Positions 1 to 13,300 of a DNA stretch of 64,000 nucleotides are shown here, piece by piece. A model generated the notes under the pieces. The model worked only from the letters and a program-made list of their open reading frames with translations. It ran no database searches and was not told the origin of the DNA. The stretch is from Podarcis cretensis (taxonomy: Eukaryota): positions 52,886,001-52,950,000 of the forward strand of contig OX638154.1 in the NCBI GenBank assembly GCA_951804945.1, in the 5' to 3' direction. The translations under genes and the position numbers were made by a program. Each line of letters opens with the position of its first letter. Positions within the stretch are counted from its first letter, which is position 1.

Positions 1-1647
1 GTCCAAGCAGCAGAAGGGTGAAGAGATCAGGTGGCCCGGGGCATCCACTGCCCTGCTCCCCAGCCCAAAGGCAGAGATGAGGGAAGTCCAGCAACATCTA
101 CAAGGTCACATGTTTCCCATCCCTGCCTTAAACACAAAATCACCAGGCACTGCCATGCAATAGGTACAGGGAGTAGGGGTGCCAACCTGAATAAAATATG
201 GGGGGGCAGGTAAGCACCACCCCACATAATTTGGTCACAAGACACACACACACCCTTTGAATGGCAATGCCCACCAACTCTGTTGAGCCCGGCCCCCTCA
301 AATATTTTAGGAGGGTCAAAGGGACCTGCCCCTAGGAGTTGGCTCCTATGACAGGAAGCATTTCATTTGTATTCATCAATAGCAGCAAGATATAGGCTGG
401 TCAAATTTCTTTTTCCTGTACTCTTAAGAGTTGGATAACAAGCAGCAAGATGCTTCCCTCCACTACTGAATCCACATACCAAGAAAAGCTTGACCTGCTG
501 AATGTCTGCTTATCATACAGCTACTGAAAACTTAAGTCCTGCCAGAAAAGAGGTAGCAACTCTTGGAAAGATGACAAAAGGTGTTGTGGTAGGACATATT
601 AGAACCCCACTGACTTTTCAGGTTAATATTTTTTAAATCGTAATTAAATTATAAACATTCATTTAAAAGCCAGGCTTAATCTTTGCAAGTCTAAGATGTT
701 TTCAGTCCTCCCATGGTCATCCTAATACAGTATCAAAGCTTCAATAAAGACATCAGATAAGTGGGCATATCTGTATGGTTTTAAGATGGTTGTTAACTGC
801 CCTGGGCTCCAATAGGAGGAAGTGTGGGTATTAGTATAATTAAGAAATAAACAAGTGCCAAATATAATGCATGCCTAGGGCAGATGAAGCAAGTGTCTTG
901 TTTAACCCCAGGATTTTAACATGAGGGATTATCGGGGGCAAAATTCCTTGGAATTATAGAGAAAGATAATGGCAACAAGTTTAAATTAAGAAATACTTTA
1001 TGAAAAGCTATGAGTCATCATGCAAGACAAAGAGATGGCTCAGAATTAACTGTGAGTCCATAGGATCTTAAGGGAAGGCAAGCTGGCAGGGGGAGCTGAG
1101 CAAAGTCCCTTTAACTGAACAGATGACAACCATCCTCAAAGAATTCTCTAGTGGCTCTTTGCCCACAGTTGCAGGCAAATTCTAAAGAAAATGAATGCAT
1201 ATTGAGAATCAGAGTCACTGAAAGATGAGGAGGGATGACTTTAAAAATTATGTTCAACTCCGAAATATTTCTGACAATGAGAAGCACTTGAAAGGCAAGA
1301 AGAGATGACAGAAACTGCTACCCTTTGCATCTCACAGCTCAGTAAGCAAACAGTGAGAGTGATTACTGCTGTATACAAATGTAGCAGTTTTTGTGCATTT
1401 GTCCACTAATAGAAGAACTATTTTCTCAAAAATTACTGTTGTTTTTTGCCAATATGTTGAAGTTTAAGAACACTGAACAACTGTCAAATTGCTAAGGATT
1501 TTATACCGTCACAATATTATTATTATCTTACTTATGCTGCATTGTAAAATATCAACAGTTAAAACTTCAAACCAAACTCAACAAGAGAGTTGTTCATACT
1601 ATAGTGTTGGAAACCACATCTGGAGTACTGGAGTCAGCACATCTGGA

Positions 1648-2176
1648 GTCAGACCTCACCTGCAGTACTGTGTCCAGTTCTGGGCACCACAGTTCAAGAA
1701 GGACACTGACAAACTGGAACGTGTCCAGAGGAGGGCAACCAAAATGGTCAAAGGCCTGGAAACGATGCCTTATGAGGAACGGCTAAGGGAGCTGGGCATG
1801 TTTAGCCTGGAGAAGAGGAGCTTAAGGGGTGATATGATAGCCATGTTCAAATATATACAAGGATGTCACATAGAGGAGGGAGAAAGGTTGTTTTCTGCTG
1901 CTCCAGAGAAGCGGACACGGAGCAATGGATCCAAACTACAAGAAAGAAGATTCCACCTAAACATTAGGAAGAACTTCCTGACAGTAAGAGCTGTTCGACA
2001 GTGGAATTTGCTGCCAAGGAGTGTGGTGGAGTCTCCTTCTTTGGAGGTCTTTAAGCAGAGGCTTGACAACCATATGTCAGGAGTGCTCTGATGGCGTTTC
2101 CTGCTTGGCAGGGGGTTGGACTCGATGGCCCTTGTGGTCTCTTCCAACTCTATGATTCTATGATTCTATGATTCTA
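1648..2176 (+). mobile_element. CR1 LINE, 5'-truncated 3' fragment
   Basis: [19 protein letters not shown]...[11 protein letters not shown]...[22 protein letters not shown] is the CR1 ORF2 C-terminus; (ATTCTATG)n tail. Confidence 0.95.
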
Positions 2177-4504
2177 CATCTATCAATGATGGGCTTTTGA
2201 TGCTTTTTATATTTCCGGTTCCGGATACCCACCACTTTTTTCCTACTTCTTCAATCTATTCTGCATGTAACCTCCTTGTAACTTTGCATTAATTAGAATT
2301 CATAGTGGAGAAATAAGCACCACCACCACTTTGGTCTCCAGTTCAGCTGGGCACATACAGATAATGCTCCAAAAGGGGATGTGCATTTCCATGCACATCA
2401 AAAGACTCATCTAGTCAATTAAACGGTGATCAGATAAGCACTGAACGTGCATCCGCACCAACTGTGGTTATGGAAGCCTGATTCTCCATGTGCATTGCCT
2501 TTGCCCAATTGGGGCATTTACCTCTCAAAACTATTCACATCCACACTCATTCTTCTTTTCTAGAGATCAACCCATGCCTGTTCCCTCATCCCTTTCAAAC
2601 CTTTATAGCACAGCCTTTCCTCTCAATTTCTCCTATTTTCATAACCTTCCTAAAGTCCTAGAATAGCCATAATTCCCTTTGGTCATGGCAATACTAGATT
2701 ATTATGTTGTATGTCACACGTTCACACATGAAGCCAATCTGAGGGCGGTCAGCTGATTGAGTTAAGAATAAATATTTGTTGAGTTTTCTGACAACCCCTT
2801 TTAGAGAACCTACACCTCCAGGACTAAAGCTATCAGTCTCTAAATACTGAGAAAGAACAAAAAGGGACCAGATTGATAACCACAATTCAATTTCTTGATG
2901 ATAGTCTCACATATTCTTGAGTTGTGTTGAAAAGAGGAGGCACCCCTTTCTGAAGCACAAGATGTTATTGCTGTAAGAGATGGAAAAGCAGCTAAACTCT
3001 GAAACTAGCCAGCACCGGCATTGCCCATATTCCTATTTCACCCTTTGCTAGTGCTGCCTGAAACCACCTGCTTAGTCTTTAATGGTTCCCTGATCCCAGC
3101 TGAGAGCTGAGAAACCGATTAAGATTGACTGGTATGTGCCTGTCCCGGCTGTCCTTTGACACTGTCGATACAGCCCAGGGAGGTCAAAGGTTAACGTCAC
3201 ACTTAGTGCAGTGAAGGAGGGTGTCAGGTTTGTTAAACACTCTGGTAATGAAGTCAGGGCAGCTGCATTATTTTGTCATTTCCCTGGCCTGAGAGAGGGA
3301 GACCCAGGCACAGCCCAAACAGATCTATAAGGGCTTACATTAGAAGAACACAGGCTCAGGTGTAGAGTTACATGGGCCCCAGTACCAAGTCAAAGAAAGG
3401 CTGGGAATCAGGGGCTGGAGGTCAACAGATCTGCTGACTTGGAAGATGGAGGTGGCGCCATTACTGCAAGTGTGCAAACATCATGCAGACAGGTCGATCC
3501 AAGACACACATACACAGGCACCCAACCACCTTTCTGTGGGTCTGCTTTGGGGGAAAGGAAATTCCCAGGTTCAATTCTTGCCTCAGATTACCCACATGAG
3601 AAGCAAATTACTGCCTTCTTAGCCTCAGCCAAAATCCAGTTGTAGTGCCACTTCTGCCAGAGGCACTCTCCAACATTTTGTGTCCTGGAATTTTTGTGTG
3701 TTTCACAATAATGAGGAAGACAATTGGTGGGACAGACACTCCCACACACACAAAGGCAGCAGAGGACTGGTTGTGAAGAACAGCCATGATTTCACTTGTT
3801 CCAGGGCTAAGCCCCGGCATTAAACAGGATGGGGACAGGAGTTTGTGTTCAAAGCCAGTCCTAAGGAACTGAAGCCAAGTAGCAAGCTAGCATCAGTACT
3901 CTTCATTATAATTCAAAAACCAAAACAACAATAACAAGAAAGATAAGGGAAGAAAAAAGAGATCATAAACACGACAGACGAATTTAGCATCTTGGGCTGC
4001 CACTGTCTCCCAAGGTGGCTTTAGACAAATCATCCCACTCCACAAAGATAATAGGGTTCAAATGAGGGCAAAGAGATCCACTCTACATTTCTGGTCACTA
4101 CCTGGATGCATGTAAATGGAAGTGCTGAAATAAATAATTAACTACTTCCTGCCCAGCCTGATAGAGCATTCATGGGATGGGAGGAGGGACATAAATCTCA
4201 CAGATTGAGCAGCTAATATTTTATTTAAAATATCTTCAAAAAGAGAGAGATGATCTATTGAATGTATTGAGAAAATGCTAATGCATAATAGCACGTGTCA
4301 GGAGGCTCGTCCATCACTCTCTGCCGCCATTCGGGAGATCCATATCTAATTAACGGTAATGAATGAGGGAGCCACGCTGAGGACAAGCCACCAGTTTGTT
4401 ATGGAAATCAGGCAAAACAATTAATTAAACAAACCGTCTTTGCCATGGCAGTCCAGCCTCTGGGTCCTGACTTCTGTGCTGTTCTATCTACCAGCAAATG
4501 GGAG

Positions 4505-4650
4505 CAGTGGCATAGCGTGGGGGGTGCAGGGGGGGCGGCCGCACCGGGCGCAACATCTGAGGGATAGGGTTAGGGGGCACAAATCCACGGGTTAGGGGGC
4601 GCAAATTACTTGCCTTGCCCCGGGTGCTGACAACCCACGCTATGCCACTG
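4505..4650. mobile_element. hAT-type MITE
   Basis: Perfect 17-bp TIR CAGTGGCATAGCGTGGG; perfect 8-bp TSD AATGGGAG (4497-4504 and 4651-4658). Confidence 0.92.
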
Positions 4651-4749
4651 AATGGGAGGGCAAGGGGAGGAGAGAGCTACACTCTTAGCTGACTGGGGTT
4701 TAGGGTACCCCACTTGGAACTAGAAGAATGCATGTTCAAATCCCACTTC

Positions 4750-4752
<3 letters not shown>

Positions 4753-4787
<35 letters not shown>
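4753..4787. repeat. (CA)n microsatellite
   Basis: directly visible. Confidence 0.95.
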
Positions 4788-4788
<1 letters not shown>

Positions 4789-5584
4789 CCCACCAGCTCA
4801 TTGGCTTCTGGTCAAGTACTTCAGGCACAGTGACTCACTAACCACAGTTCATTGGCATGGGCAGAGTGACCCTGGCCATGGCTACCAACTAAAGTGCTTC
4901 ACTCTCAATGTAAATCCTGTTTCTAGGGGGGAAATGGCACCTATGTCCTTATACTATAACAATTATGGTCCTGTTGACTCATTATAATCCACAATGCAAA
5001 ACAAATTCTAAAATGCATTAGCTCTCGACTGAAACATCCATGTATTTGTGGCAGAAGCAAACAGGGTGTGGAGACAGCAATCAGGCACTCATCCATCATG
5101 CCTAGATCCAACTCTAGCCTAGTGCTGCTGCTAGGCCATGTCAAACCCTTTGAACAGTGATGTATATTATAGCAGTTTTGAAGCACACAACTAACATTTC
5201 TCTTCTCTGCTGCAATTCCATGTTTTTCAACTGTTTCTAAATTGCTGTTTTGTTAGAGCAAAGCCCTCTCCCAAACAGTCTGTCAACCCTGATTAAACAA
5301 CAGCAAATCTGAACATTTACAAATTCACATTTTAAATCCACTTAAATCACAGCACTATCATAACTACAGAAATACAATGCAGTTTGCTTCTGCTTACCTG
5401 ATGATAAACACATTTACTTGGGAATAACTATCATTTCGTTGTAGAAAAAGGTTGTGTCTTTTTAATGTAAAAATAATAAAATGAACATTTGGAACCATGT
5501 ATATGACTGCTGAGCTGCTTCCTGACTACAACATATATTTCAAATTAAAAAGAAAGGAAGGATGCTATAGTGTCCAGTATCAGA

Positions 5585-5724
5585 CAGGTCAGTTGGTAGA
5601 GCATGAAACTCTTAAACTCAGGGTCATGGTTCAAGACCCACATTGGGCAAAAAGATTCCTGCACTGCAGGAGATTGGACTAGATGACCCTCGTGGCCTCT
5701 TTCAACTCTACAATTCTATGATCC
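5585..5724 (+). mobile_element. tRNA-derived SINE with CR1-type tail (lacertid Squam2/P.s.1-like)
   Basis: A/B-box-like head (TCAGTTGGTAGAGCATG...GGTTCAAGACCC) followed by GGACTAGATGACCCT...TTCAACTCTACAATTCTATGA, similar to the CR1 tail at ~2110-2176. Confidence 0.85.
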
Positions 5725-6336
5725 TAAGTTGGCCCATGTGCTCATGCTGGACCTGTTTGCTGCTGCCCTCATCGCACGCAGTTCTCTGGGTGGCCATTTG
5801 GGGGCCTCCTGGGCTGCCTCATTAATTTATCAAGGAAGGGGAGGCAGAAGCCAGGCAACATACCTCAACACACACCCAGCTGAGAATCCCTTCCTCAAGG
5901 ACAATTATGTGCTGGATTTTAATTATCATTGGTATAAGATATTTATCCCTTTGAGCCACTTTGGAAGCCACTTTGTATCTCAAAGGTAGGGTAAAAATAG
6001 ATAAAAGTGACTTGTAGTTTATCAGGTTCAGAGTAGATTTGAAGTCCTTGAAATACGAGAGGTCCTGCTTGTACGTATCTGTAACAGCTAATTCCTACCT
6101 AGCTTCCAAAGATATCTCTTTGTGTTCCGTAAGAAAAGACACAGATGCATTTAGAAATTATAACTATGGGGCACAAAACAGAAGAAAACTCATTCAAGGG
6201 CAAGCACATCCATAGCTTACGGTACGTGTCTCTGAGTTCTAAATCAAATACCCCATCACCAAATGAGATCAGGTTACAGATACGACTGCAAGTGTGCATA
6301 ATGGGTGGAAATGATGGGTTTGGAGCCCAGTTCGTA

Positions 6337-6531
6337 TACTGAAGTGAACGCAACCCGCGTCTGCGCAGGTTGCGTTTTGCCGCTTCCGCGCATGTGTGTG
6401 ACATCATTTTGACTGTCTGTGCATGCATGCGCGGCAAAACCCAGAAGTAACGTGCTCCGTTACTTCCGGGTTGCCGTGGAGCGCAACCTGAAAATACTTA
6501 ACTTGAAGCACATTTATCCCAAGGTATGACT
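6337..6531. mobile_element. partial Tc1/mariner (pogo/Tigger-like) MITE
   Basis: CpG-rich self-complementary core; ends GGTATGACTG|TA; left end not resolved. Confidence 0.6.
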
Positions 6532-7773
6532 GTACATTATCAGGTCTGTGCACATTCTATAAGTTAGATGTACACTGCAGTCCTGAATATGAGACAGATG
6601 TTGGCTCCAGATCTCAACTTTCTATTGTTACATTTTCAGACTTCCTTGGGGCAGTGAAGTTCAAGCAGTACCTGCTGAAAGCTCAAAAATATGGGTGAAC
6701 CATAAGAAAGGGTTAAGTGGGTAGGGAAGACATGTCCCACTCCTTAAAGCTTGCCCGTAATTTCTGTTATCAAACCCTGACCTATGCATTTCCATTCTCT
6801 AACGCCACAGTTATTGCTGGTTTTCTACAGGTTCAATGGGAGCCCAAATTAAACACGGATTGTAAAAAAAAAAAAAAAAAAAAAAGCCATGTTCAAATTA
6901 TTGTCCATGGCTTCATAACACATGCACTTATAAAGATGTGGAAAACGCTGTCACTATGTGTTTCTCAGTTGCCTCAGCCCACCTTCTGTTCCACACCAAT
7001 TCCATTGCAAGCATCCTGGCTTGCATTAAGGCAGAGTTATTATTTACGTATATCTGAGCCAGAGAATTCTGGTTTAATGCTAACAAACCAGGATAGCAAG
7101 CCAGATTCTTCAGTTTGGACGTAACAGAGAACTCTGACTTAAAGAAAGTCAGGATCTTCACACGACGGCTGGTACATTATGGGAGGAGAGGAGGTGCAAT
7201 GGCCATGGCGGCATGAACCACAGCTTATGAAGCTATGGATAATCATCCAAACATAGCCAATATACACATGCATGTGTAATTTACTTCTTATTGAATAAAT
7301 ATTTTTTTAAAATACAAACACCTTCATCCCTTTTATAATTGATGAACAGGATGAGCCTTGACTTTCTGCACCTGAAGAGGAGTAGGGGAGAAGTGGAAAT
7401 GAGGCACCAAGCAGGATCTTTGAAACACAGTGGTTAGGGTATGCAAAACTTCATTTGCACACACATCACGCCAGGCTGAAAATCATGCCTTGCTTCCTTG
7501 CCCCTGAACCCTGGATCTCTGTCCTTACACGTCAATGGCTCCTCAAGATCTCTGTGCACATAACACAGATTTCCAATCAGAGGCGTGTACTTGGCTCCTG
7601 GTCTATTGACACTGAAGCAAGAAGGGCTCAAGGTTAATTCCTTATCAATACCCTATTGTCAGCTCGTTAATCAAAGTGAGAGGTCAGAGGCAACTGAAGT
7701 GTGAAGACAGCAGAGAGATGGACACTAGCTCCACCACTTCCTAAAACCCATCTTTATCTTTCTCACTGTACTA

Positions 7774-8000
7774 CTGTGGTACCTCGGGTTAAGAACTTAT
7801 TCGTTCTGAAGGTCCACCTGAAACTGTTCTTAACCTGAGGTACCACTTTAGCTAATGGGGCCTCTCACTGCTGCCACCGCACAATTTCTGTTCTCATCCC
7901 GAAGTTCTTAACCCAAGGTACTATTTCTGGGTTAGCGGAATCTGTAACCTGAAGCGTCTGTAATCTGAAGCATCTGTAACCTGAGGTACCACTGCCACTG
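7774..8000. mobile_element. Tc1/mariner MITE, family A
   Basis: CWGTGGTACCTCGGGTTA-type TIRs, TA flanks; similar to 8898-9123 and 35057-35299. Confidence 0.88.
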
Positions 8001-8897
8001 TATCCCCAATTTGGGCACTTCAGGTTTTCCAACACATTTTGGTCCTGTGACACATCTACCAGCTCTACTAACACAGATATTTAAATTAAGCTTGAGATTA
8101 GTGATCACATTAGCATAAATCCTAAAAAGGCTGGAAACCAGTGGGTAGAGAATTGTACTTAAATCATAGTTCATGTTCTGTCACTGATGTAGACTTACTA
8201 TATGTCCCTGGGGAACTTCCTGAATTTGTGCCTCAGTTTTCCAGTGATCAAATGGAAGAATATTGATTTATTCACAGGGTTGCAATGGGGCAAAAATAAA
8301 GCCCATAGAACAATTAATATGCTATCTAACGAAGTACTAAAAGAATATATTGTTTCATGCCACCCTAATCTCTGAGCAGTGCAAGATTCCAGGGGTTTCA
8401 GGTAAGCACCTGTGTTTCCTTTTTGGAACGAGGCACAGTGGAGACTGGTATCTTTAGGATATATCGTTTATTTACACATATATACAACCTAAGCCTACAA
8501 TAAGGGTTCACAGTATTGACACTCCATGCAGGTGTTGCTTTCCCATAGCTGCAGCCCTGGACAGACACCAGCCATGGTTCTGACTCTGCAGCTTGTTGAC
8601 TTTTTTCAGATTGTAAATTTTCCTCCAGCTCACATCACAGCCAACACTGAAAACCCAATCCTAAACATTACTCTACTTCAAACTCTGGCCTTTGTCTTTC
8701 TAACTATCTCAGAGCTGAAGGATGCCCCCCCCCCTCAAAAGCATCTGGCACAAAGCCTCCTCTCCTTGACCATTACTTTCCCTTTGTTCTTGGTTAATGG
8801 TTAGTTTCCCAGGTGATTAACTCACGAGGAGACTGGCCTGGTTATCATAAAATATAATCTGAATCCAGGAGTTCAGTGCCTTCTATCCAGTGTAATA

Positions 8898-9123
8898 CAG
8901 TGGCACCTCGGGTTAAGAACTTAATTCGTTCTGGAAGTCTGTTCTTAACCTGAAACTGTTCTTAACCTGAGGTACCACTTTAGCTAATGGGGCCTCCCGC
9001 TGCTGCTGCGCTGCCACTGCGCGATTTCTGTTCTTTTCCTGAAGCAAAGTTCTTAACCCGAGGTGCTATTTCTGGGTTAGTGGAGTCTGTAACCTGAAGT
9101 GTCTGTAACCCGAGGTACCACTG
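8898..9123. mobile_element. Tc1/mariner MITE, family A
   Basis: TA|CAGTGGCACCTCGGGTTA ... TAACCCGAGGTACCACTG|TA. Confidence 0.92.
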
Positions 9124-9514
9124 TACCGCAAACATTGATTAAATTCTAACAGTTACTGGATCTAGGAATTTAGGAGAGTATGGTACCCCTGAATTCTCCC
9201 ATCCACAATTTCTTTTAGCTTGTACCACTCTACCTTGATTATTTACTGGAGAATGGCAATACTCTTCCTAACCAAAGTTGCTGGGCAATATCACAAACGT
9301 TTATGTCATTCCATGCCAACCTTGATCGCACAATTATATTCTCTCCCTGAAATGTATGTTCTGTGGCCAGCTTTTTTTATTTCACTCCATAGCCAAAAGG
9401 GTACTTAGAGTGGCTTGCAAGTTCACTAGTAACCCTTGAAACAGCGCATTGACTAGTTTGCGTTCTATGTCTAATAACAACACAAAATAAAAGAACCTGG
9501 AGTAGACCTCATAA

Positions 9515-10050
9515 AACATAAAAAGCTCTGCTGGATCAGACCAAAGGTCCATCTAGTCTAGCATCTTTTTTCCCCCCAGTGGCACAACCAGATACCTCTG
9601 GGAAGGCCACAAGTAGGGCATAAAGACAACAGCCCTCTCTTGTCATTGCTCCCCAGCAACCAGCATTCACTGCCTCTGAATATGGAGCGTAAAAAAAAAC
9701 ATGATAACTAATAGTCTATGATAGATCTATCCTGCATGAATTTCTCCAGTTCCCCTTTAAATTCATCCAAACTAGTGCCATCCCCGCATCCTGTAAATTG
9801 CATTACTGTAATTAATTATGCATCCATTAGAAACAGTATTTTCTTTTGTCTATCCGAATCTATTGATCAATTTCACTAGATGACTATGAGTACTAGTATT
9901 ATAATTAAACCATATCCACTATCTGAACACTATCTTTGTGAAGACCTCTCTTTAGTCGTTTAAAAGACAAACACAAAAAAGCACGGAAGTCCCAAACATT
10001 TTAGTCTTTCCTCATCCCTGATCATTTTGGTTGCCCTTTTCTGCCTTCAC
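9515..10050 (-). mobile_element. degenerate CR1-clade LINE 3' end
   Basis: CTGCTGGATCAGACCAAAGGTCCATCTAGTC motif, with related copies at ~28615-28750, ~36175-36240 and ~61670-61770; ATCATTTTGGTTGCCCTTTTCTG is the reverse of a QKRATKM-like segment. Confidence 0.65.
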
Positions 10051-10282
10051 ATTCAGGGTTTAGGAAATAGCGTTATGAGTGATATGATCTCTTGAAGCAC
10101 ATTTCTCTGGGGCTACTTTCCCCCAACATAACATGTCCCTTACGGTGTTTCACACAATTCAGGTGCTATATAAACACAGTACAACCACCATTGCTAGGTT
10201 TGGGGGGCAAGGGAAGAGGAACAAGTGGACAGCATAAAGGTGCTGCATTAAGATCTTCCTAAGCTCTTTCCTCAGTTCTGTA

Positions 10283-10975
10283 GGTTTATTGTGCTAGCCA
10301 AAGGCCATGACAAAAACATGGGAACACAGGCAATTTCAAATACAAAATATAAATCAAGGCATCTGCTAAAACAAACAGAACCATCAATTCCTAGCAAGAC
10401 TATAATCAGGGAGCACTCCGCTACTACACAAAGTGTATTCAGATTTAGACCTCTGAATCCCCATTACAGTTCACAGCTATTTTGTCCAGTTCTTTCTTCC
10501 TAATCTTCCTTGCCGCCAACACAAAAAGGGCCACTTTATGAGTCACTAATGCATTGCAGTCACTCAGTAACCAGTGAACCCACTCCATCAGGGGAAGACT
10601 GCTTCCTTGAACAAACAAGGATTTTAGAAAGTGGCTCCTTGGGTCTGTGTGTAAGGGGCAATATACGTAACAAAAAAATGAGTATCTTCTAATTGTGATT
10701 GCCCGCATATACATAGTCTATCTGCGTATGGAATATTGTGGTAATGACTATCCAACATTTGAAACTGCAACTCAATAAAGGCAGATCTTAATGGTACAGG
10801 CAGAAATATAGGCAAGGAACTGGCTCTGAAATGCTTTGTTTTCAGCAGAGGGAAATACGGGAAACATTTAGATTATTTAATCACTTGTAGGTCCCTTCTG
10901 GATTCTATCCAGTAGAACCAATCCCTTAGTTGGTGCTTATTCCATCTTCAGAATTTCATTCAGCTCCTGAAAACA
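10283..10975 (-). mobile_element. degenerate LINE ORF2 3' end (RTE-X-like)
   Basis: Frameshifted peptide YHNIPYADRLCICGQSQLED / CPLHTDPR resembles a CCHC knuckle at a LINE ORF2 end; AATAAA near 10285-10290. Confidence 0.6.
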
Positions 10976-13204
10976 AGAATCAAGACTACATTGACTGTTT
11001 AATTTCCCCCCGTGTGTGTTCCCAGTTCTATATAATGCTTATTGTGTAAGAATGCAATTCTTTTCAGGCTTTAACACTGGTGTGGGGAACCTTTGGCCAT
11101 TGTCCATGCTTGTTGGGGCCAACAGTTATAGTTCAGCAACATCTAGAGGGATAAGTGTCCTGCACCCCTGCTTTAATTGCTGCTCCAATACCTTCCAAAG
11201 TTTCTGGACCACCCTGCTTCTTACGACTGAATGCCTCTCCCACACCAGTACAAGGCTTTTTCCTCAGCTTTATAACAACAAATTGATATAACAGGCAAAT
11301 GAGGAAACATGAAATGAATTTTCTTAAATGGGGTTCTGTTGCAGACACAATGTGAAGTTGCTCTCTTCCAAAGTAATCCAAGCTGCATCAGCCTATTTTC
11401 CAAAGCAGAGTCAAAATTGTACCTAGTCTTCAGTGCACAAACCTAGCATTTACTGCACCAGGTGCAGAGTACCATTCCCATTTACACAGACATACATGTC
11501 AGTTTTGTACTATAATTTATCTTTTTAGAGTCTGACAAAGATATTGTGCATATAGGCAATCTGTACAACTAAACAGTTCTGCAAGGACTTAGCTGTGCAA
11601 TGAAATTTCCCTTCTACTCTCCTGCAAAACCTCTAAGACTATTCTGGGGATACCCTCAAACCTTCAGGAGATTGAAGAGTGAAGTTCCATTGGGTAGCTA
11701 AAAGTCCTTGTGAACTGTTTAGTCGGATGCCACCTTGAAAAATTATTTACCTAATTACATATGTACTGGTGTTGAAAAATATGACTGATCAATGAGAGGA
11801 CATCAAATATCAGCTTCTAAACTGATCCATCTGTAATGAAAATTATGATTCTCATGTACTCTACTGAAGCATGCCTAGAGACAAAATACTGGGCAGAAAA
11901 ACTGAATATGGACTTTCCTCATCTTAAGTGTACAAACAATTCTCTTCCTACATTGCTGATAAATGGCTGCTTTATTATCTATGCAAGTCAAAATAGTTCA
12001 AATGCAAAGGAGAAACAATGCAACTGTTAGATGAGCAAATGAAGCTTAGCTCCTGTTATGAAAAAGCTTAATAGTTTAATCAAAGGGCACTCTGATGCTA
12101 TAAAAAAAGGAATCCTGACCCTTTTGCTGTTTTGACTTAGAACCACTAGAGAGCAGCAAGTCATACTTTCCTCCTTTACTCCCAAAAATCTATGCTACAA
12201 CAGCTGGAGAAATTCCTTCTACAAAGAAAAACGGATTTTTATCAGGGAGGGAAACCGGGACCTAAAGCCAACATCTCCATCAGCATACTTAAGCAGCCAT
12301 TTAGAGCCCTTACTTCTGGTCTCAGGTGGTAGAACCTACACAAAGGCCACCACTAAAAGCCAAAGATTATTGCAAGCTACTAATCTATTTTAGTCAATTT
12401 CACAGATGACACACCTGGGGTGATGGGGTGGCGAGGAGAGTAGCAACACAATGTTATTTTTTTCAGAAGTCCTCTTTGTGTTGTTAACTCCTCAGGGAAA
12501 CACTTGGCACCATCATTGTCAGTTTTTAGGAACCCAGCTGAGACATTTTTATCTCCATAGGCTTTTGAGTTTTTGATAATACTTGTGTATGAATTTAGCC
12601 TCCACCATAGTGCTCATCTTTTAGTTAGGTAAACAAGACTTATCTTTTTTATTGTATTTGTGAATGAGAACTTTAGGGGGGTTTCTTTTTGCACCTTCTT
12701 TTTATTTTTATATTATATATTGATATTTTATATTCTTGTTAAGTTCCTTTGAGACACCTTTTTTATAAAACAACAAACTAATGGAATAACTAAACAACAA
12801 CAACAACCTTTGCAGTAATTAGTTTAATTGCTGCTTATGTAGTGTTTTGTTTTTATCAGTGCTGCTTTCAGCTTTAGTCAGTCTAGAAGATAGCCTGCTG
12901 CTATCTGATTTGGTTTTTATTTTTATTCACTGTGATATTTTCAAGATTTTTTATTGCTATCCTTTGGAAAATGAAAAGTGGAATATAAATGTTTAAATTT
13001 AAACAAACTCACTCAAGCTGTGGGAAGCTTGCAGAAGTTCAAGTGAAAGCAACTGTCAGTGCAAACAGCACAGACCACCATAGGCTCGATAATAACAAAA
13101 AAGTAGGACGCACCCATTATGTATCATATAAAATGATCCAACCCAAATATCTCTGCAACACAGCACAATTTGTCCTATAATACAATTTAGCAAGATCTTC
13201 ATAA

Positions 13205-13300
13205 GTTATCTTATTCTGTCCTCACAACAACCCTGTGAGGTAGGTTAGACAAAAATGTTGTGACTGACCCAAAGTTACACAGAGATTTTCACAGTTGAGG
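13205..13300 (-). mobile_element. MIR/CORE-like SINE fragment
   Basis: TCCTCACAACAACCCTGTGAGGTAGG...TGACTGACCCAAAGTTACACAG. Confidence 0.65.

Noticed and set aside
1489-2091. 200-aa ORF with a signal-peptide-like N-terminus
   Set aside because: Starts at TTG and is chance flanking sequence in frame with the CR1 ORF2 remnant; no sign of domestication
5585-5650. Possible tRNA gene
   Set aside because: Degenerate stems running into a CR1-like tail; it is a SINE head
5930-6078. Minus-strand exon-like frame TYKQDLSYFKDFKSTLNLINYK after a possible acceptor
   Set aside because: Weak pyrimidine tract, no recognisable protein, no partner exons
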